64,000 nt of DNA from Flavobacteriales bacterium. GTDB lineage: Bacteria > Bacteroidota > Bacteroidia > Flavobacteriales_F > PHOS-HE28. The position numbers were made by a program, and so were the translations under genes. Below, one piece after another: positions 47,705 through 56,674 of the stretch. Positions within the stretch are counted from its first letter, which is position 1. Every line of letters starts with the position of its first letter. The notes under the pieces were generated by a model. The model did no database searches. It had not been told where the DNA came from and saw nothing but the letters and a program-made list of their open reading frames with translations. Where the stretch lies: assembly GCA_016699575.1 (NCBI GenBank), contig CP064979.1, forward strand, positions 1,933,796 to 1,997,795, written 5' to 3'.

Positions 47705-48736
47705 TTAGGCTGTTCCGAAGCGCGCCACATCCACCTCGGGATCCAACGCCGCACCGTTGAGCATATGATCGATCAAGTGCTCAGCGCACCAGGGTGCGAG
47801 CAAGGCTCCCCGTGAGCCCAGCCCATTGAAGATGAACTGCCGCGGTGCGACCTGTCCCAACAATGGGCGCCGGTCGCGCGTTGCCGGTCGCACACCACAA
47901 GCGAACTCGAACGGACCGCTCGGAGGGTCGGTCACTATGCCGTTGAGCTTGCGCAGAAGCTCTTGTCGACCGCTTTCAGTGGCGCCATCCCATACGGCAT
48001 CCCACGCGAACGTGCTGCCAACGCGGTAACGGTCGTTGCCCACGGGAAGCAGAAAGCCGCTCCTGTGGATCATCGCCGAACATTGCAGTTGCGGATCGGT
48101 GAAGCTGAGCACCTCGCCGCGCGTGGGCACCATGCCCGGCAAACCAGCGAAGGCACCGGTGCACCACACAACATGGCGGGCGCGTATGTCGTGGACGGTC
48201 AGACCCTCTTCGCAGGCCTGCACGTCGTCGGGCACCACTTCACGCTCCACCCACATCCCGCCCCTCGCATGATGTGTTCGATGAAGTGCGATCAGCTGCT
48301 GCATATCGAGCCATGCGCACCCACGCACCGTTCCATGGCCGTGGTCTGCCTTCAGTCGGTGCGGGGGGACATCGTCCGCCTCGCCAAGCAAGGGTTCCAT
48401 GGATACGTCCGCTCTTCTCCGTTGCCAATCCGAGCGTTCTCGTGCATTGGCAAAGAGCCTCACCATGGGCAGCGGATGCCAGAGCGTAACCTCATGCTGC
48501 ACCTCCAAATCCGTGTAGAACGCCGTGGCCTTGGCTATTAGCTCGGTTGCCCGCCACACCGGGATCATACGCCGCATTGAAACCGGATTCACGACCCCGG
48601 CCGCTGCTCGTGAGGCCGAGAAGGGTTTTTGGACGTCGAAGACCGCAGTGGAAAGCCCGCGAGCGGCCAAAGTCCCGGTCAGGACCGCGCTGGCCAAGCC
48701 TCCGCCGACCACGATTACATCCGCTTCTGCCGCCAT
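47705..48736 (-). CDS. FAD-dependent oxidoreductase (DAO family)
   Basis: MAAEADVIVVGGGLASAVLTGTLAARG is a Rossmann GxGxxG motif. 343 aa from ATG 48736. Confidence 0.7.
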   Translation of the reverse strand: MAAEADVIVVGGGLASAVLTGTLAARGLSTAVFDVQKPFSASRAAAGVVNPVSMRRMIPVWRATELIAKATAFYTDLEVQHEVTLWHPLPMVRLFANARERSDWQRRRADVSMEPLLGEADDVPPHRLKADHGHGTVRGCAWLDMQQLIALHRTHHARGGMWVEREVVPDDVQACEEGLTVHDIRARHVVWCTGAFAGLPGMVPTRGEVLSFTDPQLQCSAMIHRSGFLLPVGNDRYRVGSTFAWDAVWDGATESGRQELLRKLNGIVTDPPSGPFEFACGVRPATRDRRPLLGQVAPRQFIFNGLGSRGALLAPWCAEHLIDHMLNGAALDPEVDVARFGTA

Positions 48737-48875
48737 ACAACAAAGGTCCAACGTGAAGTCATTGATCGAACACTCCGTCTACGAACACGCCGTTGCGGAA
48801 ATCATAACACCGCCTTGCAGGGCCGGTGCCGCCACGGACGTTCCTTAGCGCGGCAAAATCAATCGTACAGGAAGG

Positions 48876-49862
48876 ATGGAGCAGCTCATTGATGGATTTC
48901 CCCGGCAACTGAAGGAGGCGCTGGAGATCGGTAGAAAGGCGGAACTGAAACCTCCGGGCGGTCCTTACACCAATGTGGTGGTGACCGGGCTGGGTGGAAG
49001 CGGCATTGGCGGTCGCATTGCCGCGCAACTGGTGCACAAGGAGGCCAAATGCCCCATCGAGGTGTACAACAACTACTACCTGCCGGGCTATGTGAACCAC
49101 AAGAGCCTGGTGATCGCATGCAGCTACAGCGGCAATACGGAGGAGACCATGGCTGCTATGGAGCAAGCGCTGGCCAAAGGCGCCCGCGTGTGTGTGGTGA
49201 CCAGCGGCGGCGCCATGCTGGAGCAAGCCAAGGCAAAGGGGTTGGACCACATTGTGATCCCCGGGGGCAATCCGCCGCGCACCATGCTGGCCTACTCGCT
49301 CGTGCAGCAGTTCTTCGTGCTGCGCCACTTCGGCATCATCGGCGACGGGTTCGAAGGGGCCATCAAGACAGCGGCCGATATGCTGGAGAAGGACAAGGCA
49401 CAGATACAGGCAGCCGCGAAAGACCTCACGGAGAAGCTCTTCGGGAAGCGGTTGGTGATCTACAGCGAGGCAAGCACCGAGGCGGTGAGCATCCGCTTCC
49501 GCCAGCAAGTGAACGAGAACAGCAAGGAACTCTGCTGGCACCACGCCATCCCCGAAATGAACCACAACGAACTGGTGGGCTGGGCCGGGGGCAAGAACGA
49601 CATTGCGGTGGTGATCTTCCGGCACAAAGAGGATCATGAACGGAGCCAGATCCGCATGGAGATCAACAAGGATGTCTTCAGCCGCTACACCCCGCACGTG
49701 CACGACGTGTGGAGCAAGGGCGACACGGCGTTCGCGCGCCAGCTGTACCTGATCAACCTGGGCGACTGGGTAAGCCTGTACTGGGCTGGCAAGAAGGGAG
49801 TTGACCCCACCGAGATCGCGGTGATCAACATGCTGAAGGGCAAACTTGCAGGCATGAAATAG
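48876..49862 (+). CDS. Bifunctional phosphoglucose/phosphomannose isomerase (SIS-domain)
   Basis: VVVTGLGGSGIGGRI...ACSYSGNTEET...and the C-terminal block ELCWHHAIPEMNHNELVGW. Confidence 0.75.
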   Translation: MEQLIDGFPRQLKEALEIGRKAELKPPGGPYTNVVVTGLGGSGIGGRIAAQLVHKEAKCPIEVYNNYYLPGYVNHKSLVIACSYSGNTEETMAAMEQALAKGARVCVVTSGGAMLEQAKAKGLDHIVIPGGNPPRTMLAYSLVQQFFVLRHFGIIGDGFEGAIKTAADMLEKDKAQIQAAAKDLTEKLFGKRLVIYSEASTEAVSIRFRQQVNENSKELCWHHAIPEMNHNELVGWAGGKNDIAVVIFRHKEDHERSQIRMEINKDVFSRYTPHVHDVWSKGDTAFARQLYLINLGDWVSLYWAGKKGVDPTEIAVINMLKGKLAGMK

Positions 49863-49947
49863 CGGTGCGTGGAGCGCGTGCCCCCGGCGCGCGCTCCATT
49901 TGCCTCCGAGCATCGCGGAAAGTCTTCATCACCAACGACCCGGCCCG

Positions 49948-49955
49948 TAAGTTTG
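49948..49955 (+). promoter_or_regulatory. Candidate -7 box TAAGTTTG upstream of sdhC
   Basis: Perfect TAnnTTTG, 22 nt before ATG 49978. Confidence 0.4.
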
Positions 49956-49977
49956 CGGTCGTTCCCAACGCATCAGC

Positions 49978-50661
49978 ATGGCCAGTAAAGGACTCTTCGG
50001 ATCGTCGCTCGTCAAGAAGTACTGGATGGCCCTCACGGGCCTTTTCCTTATCAGCTTCCTGGTGGTGCACGCCACCATCAACGCCCAGATCTTCTGGAAC
50101 GATGGTGGCGCCACCTTCAACAAGTGGGCGCACTTCATGGGAACCAACATCCTGATCCGTACCGCCGAGATCGGCCTCTTCATCGGCCTCATCGCCCACA
50201 TCGTGGACGGCTTGATGCTCTGGAGCCAGAACCGTTCAGCCCGTCCGGTGAAGTATGCCATGGAGAAGGGCAGCGCGAACCGGAGCTGGTACAGTGCAAG
50301 CATGGGCATCCTCGGCACCTTGTTGCTGCTCTTCCTCATCATGCACCTCTGGCATTTCTGGGTGCCCAGCCGCATCACCGGGCTCGATGAGATCGCTGGC
50401 ATGCCCGGCCACCACGACCTCTACATCGAGATGGTGCGTGTCTTCGAAAGTCCCATTCCCGTGGTGCTGTACGTGCTCGGCTGCATCAGCCTTTTCTGGC
50501 ACCTGCTGCACGGCTTTTCCAGTGCTTTCCAAAGCCTCGGCCTCAACCACAAGCGATACAATCCGATCATCAAGATGTCGGGGGTGGTGTTCAGTACCAT
50601 CATCTCTCTGCTCTTCGTCTCGATGCCTCTCGCCATCCATTTCAAGCTCCTTGTACCCTAA
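49978..50661 (+). CDS. sdhC: Succinate dehydrogenase/fumarate reductase cytochrome b subunit (b558 family)
   Basis: 227 aa with five hydrophobic helices carrying conserved His residues. It lies immediately upstream of sdhA with a TAATG overlap. Confidence 0.8.
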   Translation: MASKGLFGSSLVKKYWMALTGLFLISFLVVHATINAQIFWNDGGATFNKWAHFMGTNILIRTAEIGLFIGLIAHIVDGLMLWSQNRSARPVKYAMEKGSANRSWYSASMGILGTLLLLFLIMHLWHFWVPSRITGLDEIAGMPGHHDLYIEMVRVFESPIPVVLYVLGCISLFWHLLHGFSSAFQSLGLNHKRYNPIIKMSGVVFSTIISLLFVSMPLAIHFKLLVP

Positions 50662-52676
50662 TGAGCAAGCTCGACAGTAAGATCCCGCCCGGTCCCATCG
50701 ACAAGAAGTGGACCTACCACAAGGGGCACGCGCGTATCGTGAACCCGGCGAACAAGCGCCGCATCGACGTGATCGTGGTGGGCACGGGCCTGGCAGGTGG
50801 TGCCGCTGCGGCATCGCTCGCCGAACAGGGCTACAGCGTGAAGGCGTTCTGCTTCCAGGACAGCGCCCGCCGTGCGCACAGCATCGCTGCGCAGGGCGGC
50901 ATCAACGCCGCCAAGAACTACATGAACGACGGCGACAGCACCTACCGTCTGTTCTACGACACCGTGAAAGGCGGTGACTACCGCGCCCGCGAAGCCAACG
51001 TGTACCGCTTGGCGGAAGTGAGCGCGAACATCATCGATCAGTGTGTGGCGCAAGGTGTTCCCTTCGCCCGCGACTACGGTGGACTGCTCGACAACCGTTC
51101 GTTCGGTGGCGTGCAGGTGAGCCGCACGTTCTACGCCCGCGGACAAACAGGACAGCAGTTGTTGCTCGGCGCGTACAGCGCGCTCATGCGCCAGGTCGGC
51201 AAGGGCGCGGTGCAAATGTTCGATCGCCACGAGATGCTCGATGTCGTGATCGTGGATGGCAAGGCACGCGGCATCATCGCCCGCAACCTGATCACCGGCG
51301 AGATCGAACGCCATGGCGCGCACGCGGTGCTGCTCTGCACCGGCGGCTACGGCAATGTGTTCTTCCTGAGCACGAACGCCATGGGCAGCAACGTCACGGC
51401 GGCTTGGAAAGCGCACAAGCGCGGTGCCTTCTTCGGCAACCCGTGCTACACGCAGATCCACCCGACGTGCATCCCCGTGAGCGGCACGCACCAGAGCAAG
51501 CTCACGCTGATGTCGGAGTCGCTCAGGAACGATGGCCGCATCTGGGTGCCAGCGAAACTTGAGGACGCGAAAGCAATCCGCGAGGGCAAGAAGAAAGGCA
51601 GCGACATCCCTGAAACGGATCGCGACTACTACCTCGAGCGTCGCTATCCGGCCTTCGGGAACCTGGTGCCACGCGACGTGGCCAGTCGTGCTGCGAAAGA
51701 GCGTTGCGATGCGGGCTTCGGTGTGAACAAGACCGGCGAGGCAGTGTACCTCGACTTCAGCGCTGCGATCGAGCGCTACGGGAAGCAGCAGGCCAACATC
51801 CAGAAGATCCAGAACCCGACGAAGGAGAAGATCACCGAGCTCGGCCGTGCCGTGGTGAGCGAGAAGTACGGCAACCTCTTCGACATGTACGAGAACATCG
51901 TCGGCGAGAACCCCTACGACCACGCGATGAAGATCTACCCGGCCGTGCACTACACCATGGGCGGCCTGTGGGTGGATTACAACCTGCAGACCACGGTCCC
52001 CGGACTCTTCGCATTGGGCGAAGCCAACTTCAGCGATCATGGCGCGAACCGCCTCGGTGCTTCAGCCCTGATGCAAGGCCTCGCCGACGGCTACTTCGTG
52101 ATCCCATACACCGTGGGCGATTACCTCGCCGATGACATACGCACCGGACCCATCGACACAAAGCGTCCGGAGTTCGATGCGGCCGAGAAGGAGCAGAAGG
52201 ACCGCATCAACCACTTCCTCAACAACAAGGGCACCAAGCCTGTGGACGACTTCCACCGTCGCTTGGGTAAGGTGATGTGGGACAAGTGCGGCATGGCGCG
52301 TAACGCCCAAGGCTTGCAGGAAGCGATCACGGAGATCCGCCAGATCCGCGAGGAATTCTACCGCGATGTCCGCGTACCTGGCAGCGGCAACGCGTTCAAC
52401 CAGGAGCTGGAGAAAGCCGGTCGCGTGGCCGACTTCCTGGAACTAGGCGAACTGATGTGCGTGGATGCCCTCAACCGCAACGAAAGCTGCGGCGGCCACT
52501 TCCGCGAGGAGTACCAGGAGATGGACGGTCCGCAGAAAGGAGAGGCCAAACGCGACGATGCCAACTACGCGTACGTGGCAGCTTGGGAGTGGACAGGCGA
52601 TGCTGGCAAGGCGAACCTGCACAAGGAGGCACTGACCTTCGACGAGGTGAAACTGACCCAACGTTCATATAAATGA
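50661..52676 (+). CDS. sdhA: Succinate dehydrogenase/fumarate reductase flavoprotein subunit
   Basis: [33 protein letters not shown] (covalent-FAD His) and [10 protein letters not shown]. 671 aa. Confidence 0.95.
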   Translation: MSKLDSKIPPGPIDKKWTYHKGHARIVNPANKRRIDVIVVGTGLAGGAAAASLAEQGYSVKAFCFQDSARRAHSIAAQGGINAAKNYMNDGDSTYRLFYDTVKGGDYRAREANVYRLAEVSANIIDQCVAQGVPFARDYGGLLDNRSFGGVQVSRTFYARGQTGQQLLLGAYSALMRQVGKGAVQMFDRHEMLDVVIVDGKARGIIARNLITGEIERHGAHAVLLCTGGYGNVFFLSTNAMGSNVTAAWKAHKRGAFFGNPCYTQIHPTCIPVSGTHQSKLTLMSESLRNDGRIWVPAKLEDAKAIREGKKKGSDIPETDRDYYLERRYPAFGNLVPRDVASRAAKERCDAGFGVNKTGEAVYLDFSAAIERYGKQQANIQKIQNPTKEKITELGRAVVSEKYGNLFDMYENIVGENPYDHAMKIYPAVHYTMGGLWVDYNLQTTVPGLFALGEANFSDHGANRLGASALMQGLADGYFVIPYTVGDYLADDIRTGPIDTKRPEFDAAEKEQKDRINHFLNNKGTKPVDDFHRRLGKVMWDKCGMARNAQGLQEAITEIRQIREEFYRDVRVPGSGNAFNQELEKAGRVADFLELGELMCVDALNRNESCGGHFREEYQEMDGPQKGEAKRDDANYAYVAAWEWTGDAGKANLHKEALTFDEVKLTQRSYK

Positions 52677-52733
52677 TCCCGTAGCGTCGACCCATGGGGT
52701 CGACCTGCACGAACAGCAAGGCAGATGGGCAAC

Positions 52734-53483
52734 ATGAAACTGACATTGAAGGTTTGGCGCCAGAACGGCCCCAACGACAAAGGCAAGATCGTGGACTATC
52801 CAGTGAGCGATGTGTCGGAGGACATGTCGTTCCTCGAAATGCTCGATGTGTTGAACGACGACCTCGTGCGCAAAGGCGATGACCCCATCGCGTTCGACCA
52901 CGATTGTCGCGAGGGCATCTGTGGCATGTGCAGCCTCTTCATCAATGGCGAAGCGCATGGTCCGGGCCGTGGCATCACCACCTGCCAGTTGCACATGCGC
53001 AAGTTCAAGGATGGCGACACCATCTACGTGGAGCCTTGGCGCAGTGCTGCATTCCCCGTGATCAAGGACCTTGCGACCAACCGCGGCGCCTTCGATCGCA
53101 TCCAGGCGGCCGGCGGTTTCGTGAGCGTGAACACCAGCGGCAACCTCGTTGATGGCAACGCGGTGCCCATCCCGAAGGACGACGCCGACAAGGCGTTCGA
53201 TGCAGCTACCTGCATCGGTTGTGGTGCCTGCGTGGCCACCTGCCCGAACGGCAGCGCGATGTTGTTCACCGCAGCGAAAGTCTCGCAGCTCTCACTGTTG
53301 CCACAAGGCAAGCCCGAGCGCAAGCGTCGTGCGCTCGCCATGGTGGAGCAGATGGACAAGGAGGGCTTTGGCAATTGCAGCAACACCGGCGCGTGTGAGG
53401 TGGAATGCCCGAAAGGCATCAGCCTCGAGCACATCGCACGGCTGCACCGCGACTACTTGGTGGCGACGGTGACGAAGGAGTAG
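52734..53483 (+). CDS. sdhB: Succinate dehydrogenase/fumarate reductase iron-sulfur subunit
   Basis: [10 protein letters not shown] (2Fe-2S), [12 protein letters not shown] and [12 protein letters not shown] clusters. The start is [10 protein letters not shown] (ATG 52734), with an alternative at 52725. Confidence 0.93.
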   Translation: MKLTLKVWRQNGPNDKGKIVDYPVSDVSEDMSFLEMLDVLNDDLVRKGDDPIAFDHDCREGICGMCSLFINGEAHGPGRGITTCQLHMRKFKDGDTIYVEPWRSAAFPVIKDLATNRGAFDRIQAAGGFVSVNTSGNLVDGNAVPIPKDDADKAFDAATCIGCGACVATCPNGSAMLFTAAKVSQLSLLPQGKPERKRRALAMVEQMDKEGFGNCSNTGACEVECPKGISLEHIARLHRDYLVATVTKE

Positions 53484-53487
53484 CGCT

Positions 53488-53961
53488 TTATTCGAGGAAA
53501 GTCTCTCTCAGCAAGGCCAGTCGTTCTCTTACCAGCCGGATCCCTGCTTCGTTCGCCAACAAGGTGCGACCGGTACCACTCTTGTTCAGCTCAAAGACAA
53601 AGGAGGTGTGGTCGTTCAGATAAGCCTTGAAGCTCGCTTGATCACGTACTAGGGCCGTCTTCACCGAGTCAGCTTCAAGAGCTTCATCCTGCAACCGTTG
53701 TTCGTCTCCTTCATCTGAAGCCATGACATGCCAACGTCCAAATTCGATCATCGAATCGAGTTCATGGACTTGTTGCGCGACGAGCGTCTCGAGGGCCTGC
53801 TCCAAGCTGTCCAATTGATGGCGTGCACAAAGGCTGAGCTCCAGTGTGTTTCTGGCCGTATCGCAATCCAGCTTACCCTCGAAATAGGGGATGACCTGTG
53901 CTTCTACACATACCGGCAACACCATTCCCATTACTAAGGGAGAAGCCCATTCAAACCCCAT
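53488..53961 (-). CDS. Hypothetical protein, possibly DUF1311/LprI-like
   Basis: The CDTARNTLELSLCARHQLDSLEQALETL pattern (C-x-T-x-E-x-x-C) is reminiscent of DUF1311. The start is uncertain (ATG 53961 or the track start 54066). Confidence 0.35.
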   Translation of the reverse strand: MGFEWASPLVMGMVLPVCVEAQVIPYFEGKLDCDTARNTLELSLCARHQLDSLEQALETLVAQQVHELDSMIEFGRWHVMASDEGDEQRLQDEALEADSVKTALVRDQASFKAYLNDHTSFVFELNKSGTGRTLLANEAGIRLVRERLALLRETFLE

Positions 53962-54150
53962 GACGCAAAGATGGGAAAGCCTCGGTTCGCGGGGATTGCT
54001 TACTAAGTTGCAACCCGCATGCCGTCCCAGGCTACGCGTTAATCTGTTCAAAGCAAACTCCCCCACATCGGCATCACCATCCCGCTTAGGCGGGACAAAG
54101 ACGTCTTCACGGTGATGAGCAAGCTGTCGGCCGAGCGGAGCTTCTTGCCC

Positions 54151-54158
54151 TAACTTTG
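54151..54158 (+). promoter_or_regulatory. Candidate -7 box TAACTTTG upstream of the DUF433/DUF5615 pair
   Basis: Perfect TAnnTTTG, 18 nt before ATG 54177. Confidence 0.4.
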
Positions 54159-54176
54159 GGCATCAAGCCTTCGGCA

Positions 54177-54401
54177 ATGACCTACCTGATGGACCGCATC
54201 ACTATAGACCCGCAAGTGTGCGGAGGTCGCGCGTGCATCCGTGGAATGCGCATACGCGTTACCGACATCCTCGACCTACTGGCATCGGGGCTCACCACGA
54301 AGCAAGTGGTCGAAGAGCTTCCTGACCTGGAAGTAGCCGATGTGGGGGCGGCGCTGAAGTTCGCGAGCGGCCGCTTGGACCATCCGATCCTGGCCGCGTG
54401 A
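54177..54401 (+). CDS. DUF433-domain protein (putative antitoxin)
   Basis: ITIDPQVCGGRACIRGMRIRVTDILDLLASG is the DUF433 core. Confidence 0.75.
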   Translation: MTYLMDRITIDPQVCGGRACIRGMRIRVTDILDLLASGLTTKQVVEELPDLEVADVGAALKFASGRLDHPILAA

Positions 54402-54733
54402 CCATCTGGCTCGATGCCCAGCTCTCGCCGGTCCTGGCCAATTGGATCCGCGCAACATTCAACGAGACCTGCTTCCCGATCCGCGACCTTGGTGAGCTGA
54501 ACATGGCCGATGAGACTTTGTTCCTGCGGGCCAAGAAGGAAGCGGACTTGTTGATCACCAAGGATGTGGACTTGGTTCATCTGCTGCACCGCCATGGACC
54601 ACCGCCAAAGGTTGTGTGGCTGCGGATGGGCAACACGAGCAATGCGCGTCTGAAGCAAGTATTCACCCAGCGTTGGAGCGACATCATGGCATTGACCGGG
54701 GCGAACGAACCCTTGGTAGAACTGGTTGATTGA
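54398..54733 (+). CDS. DUF5615-family PIN-like protein (putative toxin)
   Basis: GTG 54398 overlaps the upstream TGA as GTGA. The MTIWLDAQLSP...DETLFLRAKKEADLLITKDVD layout is typical of DUF5615/Mut7-C-like partners of DUF433. Confidence 0.65.
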   Translation: MTIWLDAQLSPVLANWIRATFNETCFPIRDLGELNMADETLFLRAKKEADLLITKDVDLVHLLHRHGPPPKVVWLRMGNTSNARLKQVFTQRWSDIMALTGANEPLVELVD

Positions 54734-54747
54734 GCACCGGCCGACAC

Positions 54748-56127
54748 ATGTTCACAACCCCTTCCCGCGCGGTGCCCTGTCTTGTGTTTTGCTGTGCGGG
54801 CGCAACTTTGGCGGCACAGGACGACAGCATATCCGAACCCGCCCGCCACGAACTGCAATGGTTCCAGGACGCCAAGCTGGGCATCTTCATCCACTGGGGC
54901 ATTTACAGTGTGAACGGCGTGGACGAGAGCTGGGCCTTCTACAACAAGAAGATGTCCCATGCGGAATACAGGAAGCAGGCCGATGGCTTCACGGCGAGCA
55001 AGTACGACCCGGCAGCGTGGGCGGACCTGATCCAGCGTAGCGGGGCGAAGTATGCGGTGATCACCATCAAGCATCATGACGGTGTGGCGATGTATGATAC
55101 CAAGCTTCTTGGCGGGCGCGGATGGATGATGTCGCTCGCAGATCCGCATCCCAACTCGATCCCGCATACGGGACTCCCGTTGAAGAACAGACTGGTAGAT
55201 GATCTGTTCGGAGCGTTACGGAAGCAAGACGTCCGATGCGGGGCATACTACTCCTTGATAGACTGGTCCGACTTCAACTACCCGGCTTTCACAAAGGACA
55301 GTGCGCGCTACGCGATCAAGGACGACCCTATCCGCTGGCAACGTTTCCGCGACTACTTCCAAGGCCAGATCAACGAGATCGCCACGCGGCTCAACCCCGA
55401 TCTCTGGTGGTTCGATGGCGATTGGGAGCACAGCGCCGAGGAATGGGAGGCGGCCAAAGTGCGCGCGATGATCCTGGAGAAGAACCCGAAGGCCATCATC
55501 AACGGCAGGCTTGCGGGTTATGGGGACTACGCTACACCGGAGCAGAACATTCCGGTGGAAACGCCGAAGACGCCGGCGTGGGAATTGTGCATGACGCTAG
55601 GCGAACAATGGGGCTGGCAGCCACAGGACACCAACTACAAGAGCACGCACGACCTCATCCACATCTTCGCCGATGTGATCGGCCATGGCGGCAACCTGCT
55701 GCTGGGCATCGGACCGAAGGAGGATGGCACTTTCACACCGGGACAAGTCTCCCGGTTGGAAGACCTCGGCCAATGGATCCGCAAGCACGCTGAGGCGATC
55801 TACGACACCCGGGCGGGTTTGCCCAACGGCCACTTCTTTGGACCAACAACGCTTTCACAAGACAGCACCACGCTCTACCTCTTCCTCGCGAACGGTATGC
55901 AGGGCAGTGTGGAGATCAAAGGGCTGGTGAACAGGATGATCTCCGCCGAGGTGGTTGGAACGAATACACAGCTCAAGCACCGCGTCGTGGGCAAGATCAG
56001 CTGGAGCAAGGTGCCTGGGCTGGTCTTCATCGATGTGCCGAAGGAAGCCGCCGACGAGTGGATGACTGTGCTGAAGGTGAAGCTGGAAGGGCCGGTGAAG
56101 TTGTACCGAGGGGAGGGAGGGTATTGA
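54748..56127 (+). CDS. Alpha-L-fucosidase (GH29), secreted
   Basis: WFQDAKLGIFIHWGIYSV...KYAVITIKHHDGVAMYDT are GH29 N-terminal blocks. ATG 54748 gives the signal MFTTPSRAVPCLVFCCAGATLAAQ. Confidence 0.85.
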   Translation: MFTTPSRAVPCLVFCCAGATLAAQDDSISEPARHELQWFQDAKLGIFIHWGIYSVNGVDESWAFYNKKMSHAEYRKQADGFTASKYDPAAWADLIQRSGAKYAVITIKHHDGVAMYDTKLLGGRGWMMSLADPHPNSIPHTGLPLKNRLVDDLFGALRKQDVRCGAYYSLIDWSDFNYPAFTKDSARYAIKDDPIRWQRFRDYFQGQINEIATRLNPDLWWFDGDWEHSAEEWEAAKVRAMILEKNPKAIINGRLAGYGDYATPEQNIPVETPKTPAWELCMTLGEQWGWQPQDTNYKSTHDLIHIFADVIGHGGNLLLGIGPKEDGTFTPGQVSRLEDLGQWIRKHAEAIYDTRAGLPNGHFFGPTTLSQDSTTLYLFLANGMQGSVEIKGLVNRMISAEVVGTNTQLKHRVVGKISWSKVPGLVFIDVPKEAADEWMTVLKVKLEGPVKLYRGEGGY

Positions 56128-56166
56128 GGGCACTAGGGTACACGCGCAAAGAGCACCATGCCCACC

Positions 56167-56430
56167 TCAGCGGTCGTACACGTCGCTGCGGTGCCCGATC
56201 TTGCGGATATCCACGATGCGAAGAACGTCCTCGATCGCGTACAAAATGCGATAGTCGCCAGCCCGGACACGCCACATGTCCTCGTCAGAGCCCTTGAGCT
56301 TCAGGCATCCGGGAGGACGAGGATCGACTTCCAACTCTTCCAGCTTACGAGATACTCTCTTCAGATCACTTCCAGTGAGACGGTCAAGCTCCTTTTCAGC
56401 CGACTTGGCGAAGACCAGCTTGTACTTCAC
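56167..56430 (-). CDS. RelE/StbE-family type II toxin
   Basis: (V)KYKLVFAKSAEKELDRL...LKGSDEDMWRVRAGDYRILYAIEDVLRIVDIRKIGHRSDVY. GTG 56430 overlaps the antitoxin stop as GTGA. Confidence 0.75.
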   Translation of the reverse strand: MKYKLVFAKSAEKELDRLTGSDLKRVSRKLEELEVDPRPPGCLKLKGSDEDMWRVRAGDYRILYAIEDVLRIVDIRKIGHRSDVYDR

Positions 56431-56621
56431 AGCCGACCCTCCTTTTTCAGTCGTGCTTTGATCACGGTCCAAGGCACGCGCTTCTCGTCCTTTCGGCTTT
56501 CGGCGATCATTAGATCAAAGACATCCTGCACCCATTCGCGGTCATCCTTAACCGCCTTCAGGTCGATCTGCATGTACCGACGCTTCTTGGTCTTGTCTTC
56601 AATGATGCTAACGCCTTTCAT
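56427..56621 (-). CDS. Putative cognate antitoxin (family not recognised)
   Basis: 64-aa ORF immediately upstream of, and overlapping, the RelE-like gene. Confidence 0.5.
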   Translation of the reverse strand: MKGVSIIEDKTKKRRYMQIDLKAVKDDREWVQDVFDLMIAESRKDEKRVPWTVIKARLKKEGRL

Positions 56622-56674
56622 GCCACCAAAACTAAGCGGAATGCGAGCCTCTCGATTTGGATCCGATGGAGCCT

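Noticed and set aside
50658-52040. Long antisense ORFs overlapping well-supported genes. Examples are 50658-52040 (-, 460 aa), 48759-49913 (-, 384 aa), 62412-63674 (+, 420 aa), 60687-61832 (+, 381 aa), 44562-45686 (-, 374 aa), 28506-29540 (-, 344 aa), 36147-37169 (+, 340 aa), 32592-33638 (-, 348 aa), 40894-41874 (-, 326 aa) and 1760-2848 (+, 362 aa).
   Set aside because: These are typical shadow ORFs of a high-G+C genome. They lie opposite genes with strong family signatures (sdhA, PGI/PMI, rpoN, PhoD-like, lysS and others). Their translations are biased in composition (rich in R, H, G, A, V and P) and show no recognisable motifs.
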